Below, piece by piece: positions 61,717 through 64,000 of a DNA stretch of 64,000 nucleotides (the first letter of the stretch is position 1; every line of letters begins with the position of its first letter). Where the stretch lies: NCBI GenBank assembly GCA_963735755.1, contig CAVTME010000005.1, forward strand, positions 263,036-327,035. Reading direction: 5' to 3'. This DNA comes from an uncultured Bacteroidota bacterium (lineage in GTDB: Bacteria; Bacteroidota; Bacteroidia; Bacteroidales; GCA-2748055). Under the pieces are notes generated by a model that saw nothing but the letters and a program-made list of their open reading frames with translations, did no database searches and had not been told where the DNA came from. Position numbers and translations under genes: made by a program.

Positions 61717-62175
61717 ATGTTGCAACGATCTCAGTCCCTCTTTCTGTTGGGGGTGTTTATACTTACCACATTGTTGTTGACAGGTCCCCTGGCAAAGTTC
61801 TTCACAGAAGGGGGGGAGTTGATTCTGGAGCATTCAGGTGTTCTGAATGACGAAGGGGTGAAGGTGGAGTTGGCCACATGGCCTCTGACTGTGCTTTTCT
61901 TTGTGGTTGCCCTGCTTTCATTTTTGAACATCTTTTTCTACAGGAACCGGATCAGGCAGATGCGTATTGCCACCTTTATCATATTTCTGAGTGCGGGAAT
62001 GACCGGAATGATGTTTTATTATACCTGGATTGTGAGCAAGACCCTGGATTCTTCACATACAATTTACCTGTGGAGGTTTATTATCCCGCCAGTTTGCATC
62101 ATTCTGCTCTACCTTGCATACAGAAGGATCAGAAGGGATGAGTTGCTGGTGAAAGCTTACGACCGGATCAGATGA
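61717..62175 (+). CDS. DUF4293 family membrane protein
   Basis: 152 aa, starting [17 protein letters not shown], with 4 TM segments. Confidence 0.6.
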   Translation: MLQRSQSLFLLGVFILTTLLLTGPLAKFFTEGGELILEHSGVLNDEGVKVELATWPLTVLFFVVALLSFLNIFFYRNRIRQMRIATFIIFLSAGMTGMMFYYTWIVSKTLDSSHTIYLWRFIIPPVCIILLYLAYRRIRRDELLVKAYDRIR

Positions 62176-62623
62176 TCACGATGTTCTGCCGGTTGGTAAT
62201 CTTTTCGCAGTAGTGACATTTTAGTTTCACTTCCGACTTTGATAGCACCATGAACCTGGTCGTTACCGCCTCGTTATTGGTGATGCACTTGGGATTTACG
62301 CATTTGGCAATTCCGATGATCTCATCAGGGATCTCAACCACCTTCTTTTCCACCACTTCATAGTCACGGATAATATTCAGCTTGGCACAGGGGGCCACAA
62401 GGGCAATTTTGTTGATCTCGTCATCCCGAAAAAAAACTTTTGAAAGTTTGATGATCCCCTTTTTTTCAAGTTTCTTACTTCCAAGGTTGTTTCCGATGGT
62501 GATCATGGTATCCAGTTCATCCAGCTTCAGGATAGAGACTACCTTGAACAATGCAGGGGCAGGCACATGATCGATCACTGTTCCTTCTTTGATTGCGCTG
62601 ACTGATAATTGCTTGTCTTTCAT
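62168..62623 (-). CDS. pyrI: Aspartate carbamoyltransferase regulatory subunit
   Basis: 151 aa with [14 protein letters not shown] and the C-terminal zinc cluster CVNPKCITN...CHYCEK. Confidence 0.9.
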   Translation of the reverse strand: MKDKQLSVSAIKEGTVIDHVPAPALFKVVSILKLDELDTMITIGNNLGSKKLEKKGIIKLSKVFFRDDEINKIALVAPCAKLNIIRDYEVVEKKVVEIPDEIIGIAKCVNPKCITNNEAVTTRFMVLSKSEVKLKCHYCEKITNRQNIVII

Positions 62624-62651
62624 ATTTTCAGACTTGTTCGTTTACGACAGA

Positions 62652-63560
62652 TTATTTGATACCAAGGATTGAAGAAAGGATGGCCATTCGCACATACACA
62701 CCATTGCGTGCCTGATCAAAATAGTAGGCATGGGGACTGGAATCCACATCCGTATGGATCTCATTTACCCTGGGGAGGGGGTGAAGGACCTTCATGGAGT
62801 CTTTGCATCCGTCAAGCATATCCCGTCTGAGGATATATGCATTTTTTACCCGCTCGTATTCAATGGGATCTGTAAATCTTTCCTGCTGAACCCTGGTCAT
62901 GTAGATGATATCTGCCTCGTCCAGGAACTCGTTCAGGTCCCTTCCTTCATAATAGCTTAAACCTTTTTCGTCCAAATATAGCTTGTAGGCCGCTGGCATC
63001 TTTAATTCATCGGGTGAGATAAAGTAGAAGGTGGTGTTGAACTCAGACATGGCCTGAAGAAGTGAATGAACTGTTCTTCCATATTTCAGGTCGCCCACCA
63101 TGAAGATCTTCAGACCTTCAAGGGTTCCCTGGGTTTTCAGGATGGAATACATATCCAGAAGGGTCTGGGTTGGGTGCTGATTTGCTCCGTCTCCTGCGTT
63201 AACAATGGGGACCGAAGATACTTCACTGGCCAACCTGGCACTGCCTTCCAGTGGATGGCGCATGACGATCAGATCCGCGTAGTTACTGACCATTTTTATG
63301 GTGTCATGGAGGGTTTCCCCTTTAGAAGCGCTGGTGGCACCTGAGTCGCTAAAGCCAACGACCCTGCCACCAAGTCCGTTTATGGCAGTTTCAAAGCTTA
63401 ATCTTGTTCTTGTTGAAGGTTCAAAGAAGAGGGTGGAGATCACATATCCGTGAAGGATATCCTGTCTTGGATTTTTCTCGAATTCTACTGCCAACTCAAG
63501 GATCCTCAGGTATTCGTCCCTGGTAAAATCAGTGATGGATACAAGATTTTTGTTCTTCAT
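62652..63560 (-). CDS. pyrB: Aspartate carbamoyltransferase catalytic subunit
   Basis: 302 aa with FFEPSTRTRLSFE, HPTQ and HPLPR. Confidence 0.95.
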   Translation of the reverse strand: MKNKNLVSITDFTRDEYLRILELAVEFEKNPRQDILHGYVISTLFFEPSTRTRLSFETAINGLGGRVVGFSDSGATSASKGETLHDTIKMVSNYADLIVMRHPLEGSARLASEVSSVPIVNAGDGANQHPTQTLLDMYSILKTQGTLEGLKIFMVGDLKYGRTVHSLLQAMSEFNTTFYFISPDELKMPAAYKLYLDEKGLSYYEGRDLNEFLDEADIIYMTRVQQERFTDPIEYERVKNAYILRRDMLDGCKDSMKVLHPLPRVNEIHTDVDSSPHAYYFDQARNGVYVRMAILSSILGIK

Positions 63561-63640
63561 AAATTGTGGTTTATTACAAATATAATACAGTGCTTATACG
63601 GGCTTTCTTATTGTTTATAACGTTTAATAACTTCCATTTT

Positions 63641-64000
63641 TCATCTTTCCGGAACATTGCACTTTTCGATCATTGAAATTCTTTCCATAAGCGCCGGCAT
63701 CTCTCTTTTCCATACACGCAGGGTCAGAGAACACTTCAGGTCAAAGCGCTGGTCTTCAAACTGCAGGTCAAAATCTTTTATCATTTTCATAACCGCATTC
63801 ATGGATGCGTATTCAAATTGTAGAATCAGCTGTTCCTCCACCTTCTTCTCTATGATCACTGCATTCTCCAGCGCAGCCGCCGCGGCTGAACGGTAGGCCT
63901 TGATCAATCCTCCCACTCCCAGCAGTGTGCCTCCGAAATACCTTACAACCACAACCAGGATCTGGGTGAGGTCCCTGGACTGGATCTGTCCGTAGATCGG
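63641..64000 (-). CDS. YigZ/IMPACT family protein, C-terminal part (5' end outside the window)
   Basis: VVVRYFGGTLLGVGGLIKAY (the UPF0029 signature), then a DUF1949-like tail. The frame is open to the window edge. Confidence 0.7.
   Translation of the reverse strand, partial: PIYGQIQSRDLTQILVVVVRYFGGTLLGVGGLIKAYRSAAAAALENAVIIEKKVEEQLILQFEYASMNAVMKMIKDFDLQFEDQRFDLKCSLTLRVWKREMPALMERISMIEKCNVPER

Overview
Chromosomal segment of a Bacteroidota-type genome. Evidence for the phylum: T9SS C-terminal sorting domains, TAnnTTTG -7 promoter boxes, short leaders without Shine-Dalgarno sequences, and gene content such as DUF5916, DUF1080, DUF4293, AsmA, zapA-rny and pyrBI. All protein calls come from reading the supplied ORF translations and recognising motifs. 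No searches were run.

The window splits into three zones.

(1) 1-5.1 kb is intact. It holds two paralogous fused aconitase-family (LeuC+LeuD-like) dehydratases on either side of asnA.

(2) About 5.1-43.4 kb starts with a tRNA-Arg(TCT) gene, followed by an unusual tRNA-derived, terminator-capped 203-bp tandem array. After that comes an accessory block in which roughly 20 genes are broken by frameshifts. Examples: tail-fibre-like protein, PepF, Fe-ADH, MarC, SDR, three thioredoxin-fold proteins, ECF sigma factor, 2-hydroxyacid dehydrogenase, DoxX, K+ channel, FtsX permease, esterase, PQQ propeller, DUF5916, PabB, Na/Pi transporter and a WD40/caspase locus. A few intact genes are scattered among them.

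(3) 43.4-64 kb is intact. It begins with a low-GC mini-island (IS3 orfA remnant, Gfo/Idh/MocA, DUF1080) next to tRNA-Arg(ACG). Housekeeping genes follow: asmA-like, rplS, C69 dipeptidase, adh, anmK, M23 peptidase, zapA, rny, an epimerase and pyrBI.

Signals not explained by genes:
- the tRNA-derived hairpin-module repeat family (array at 5.1-5.8 kb, plus a dispersed inverted copy at 42.95 kb);
- heptamer (YAGTRCY) arrays that fill two intergenic gaps;
- a long closed helix with a U-tail between zapA and rny (6S-like ncRNA candidate);
- a promoter-to-terminator sRNA-like unit in a 436-bp AT-rich gap.

I found no canonical defence, CRISPR, RT or toxin-antitoxin module. The most system-like unexplained loci are the tRNA-derived array and the secreted WD40 + caspase pair.
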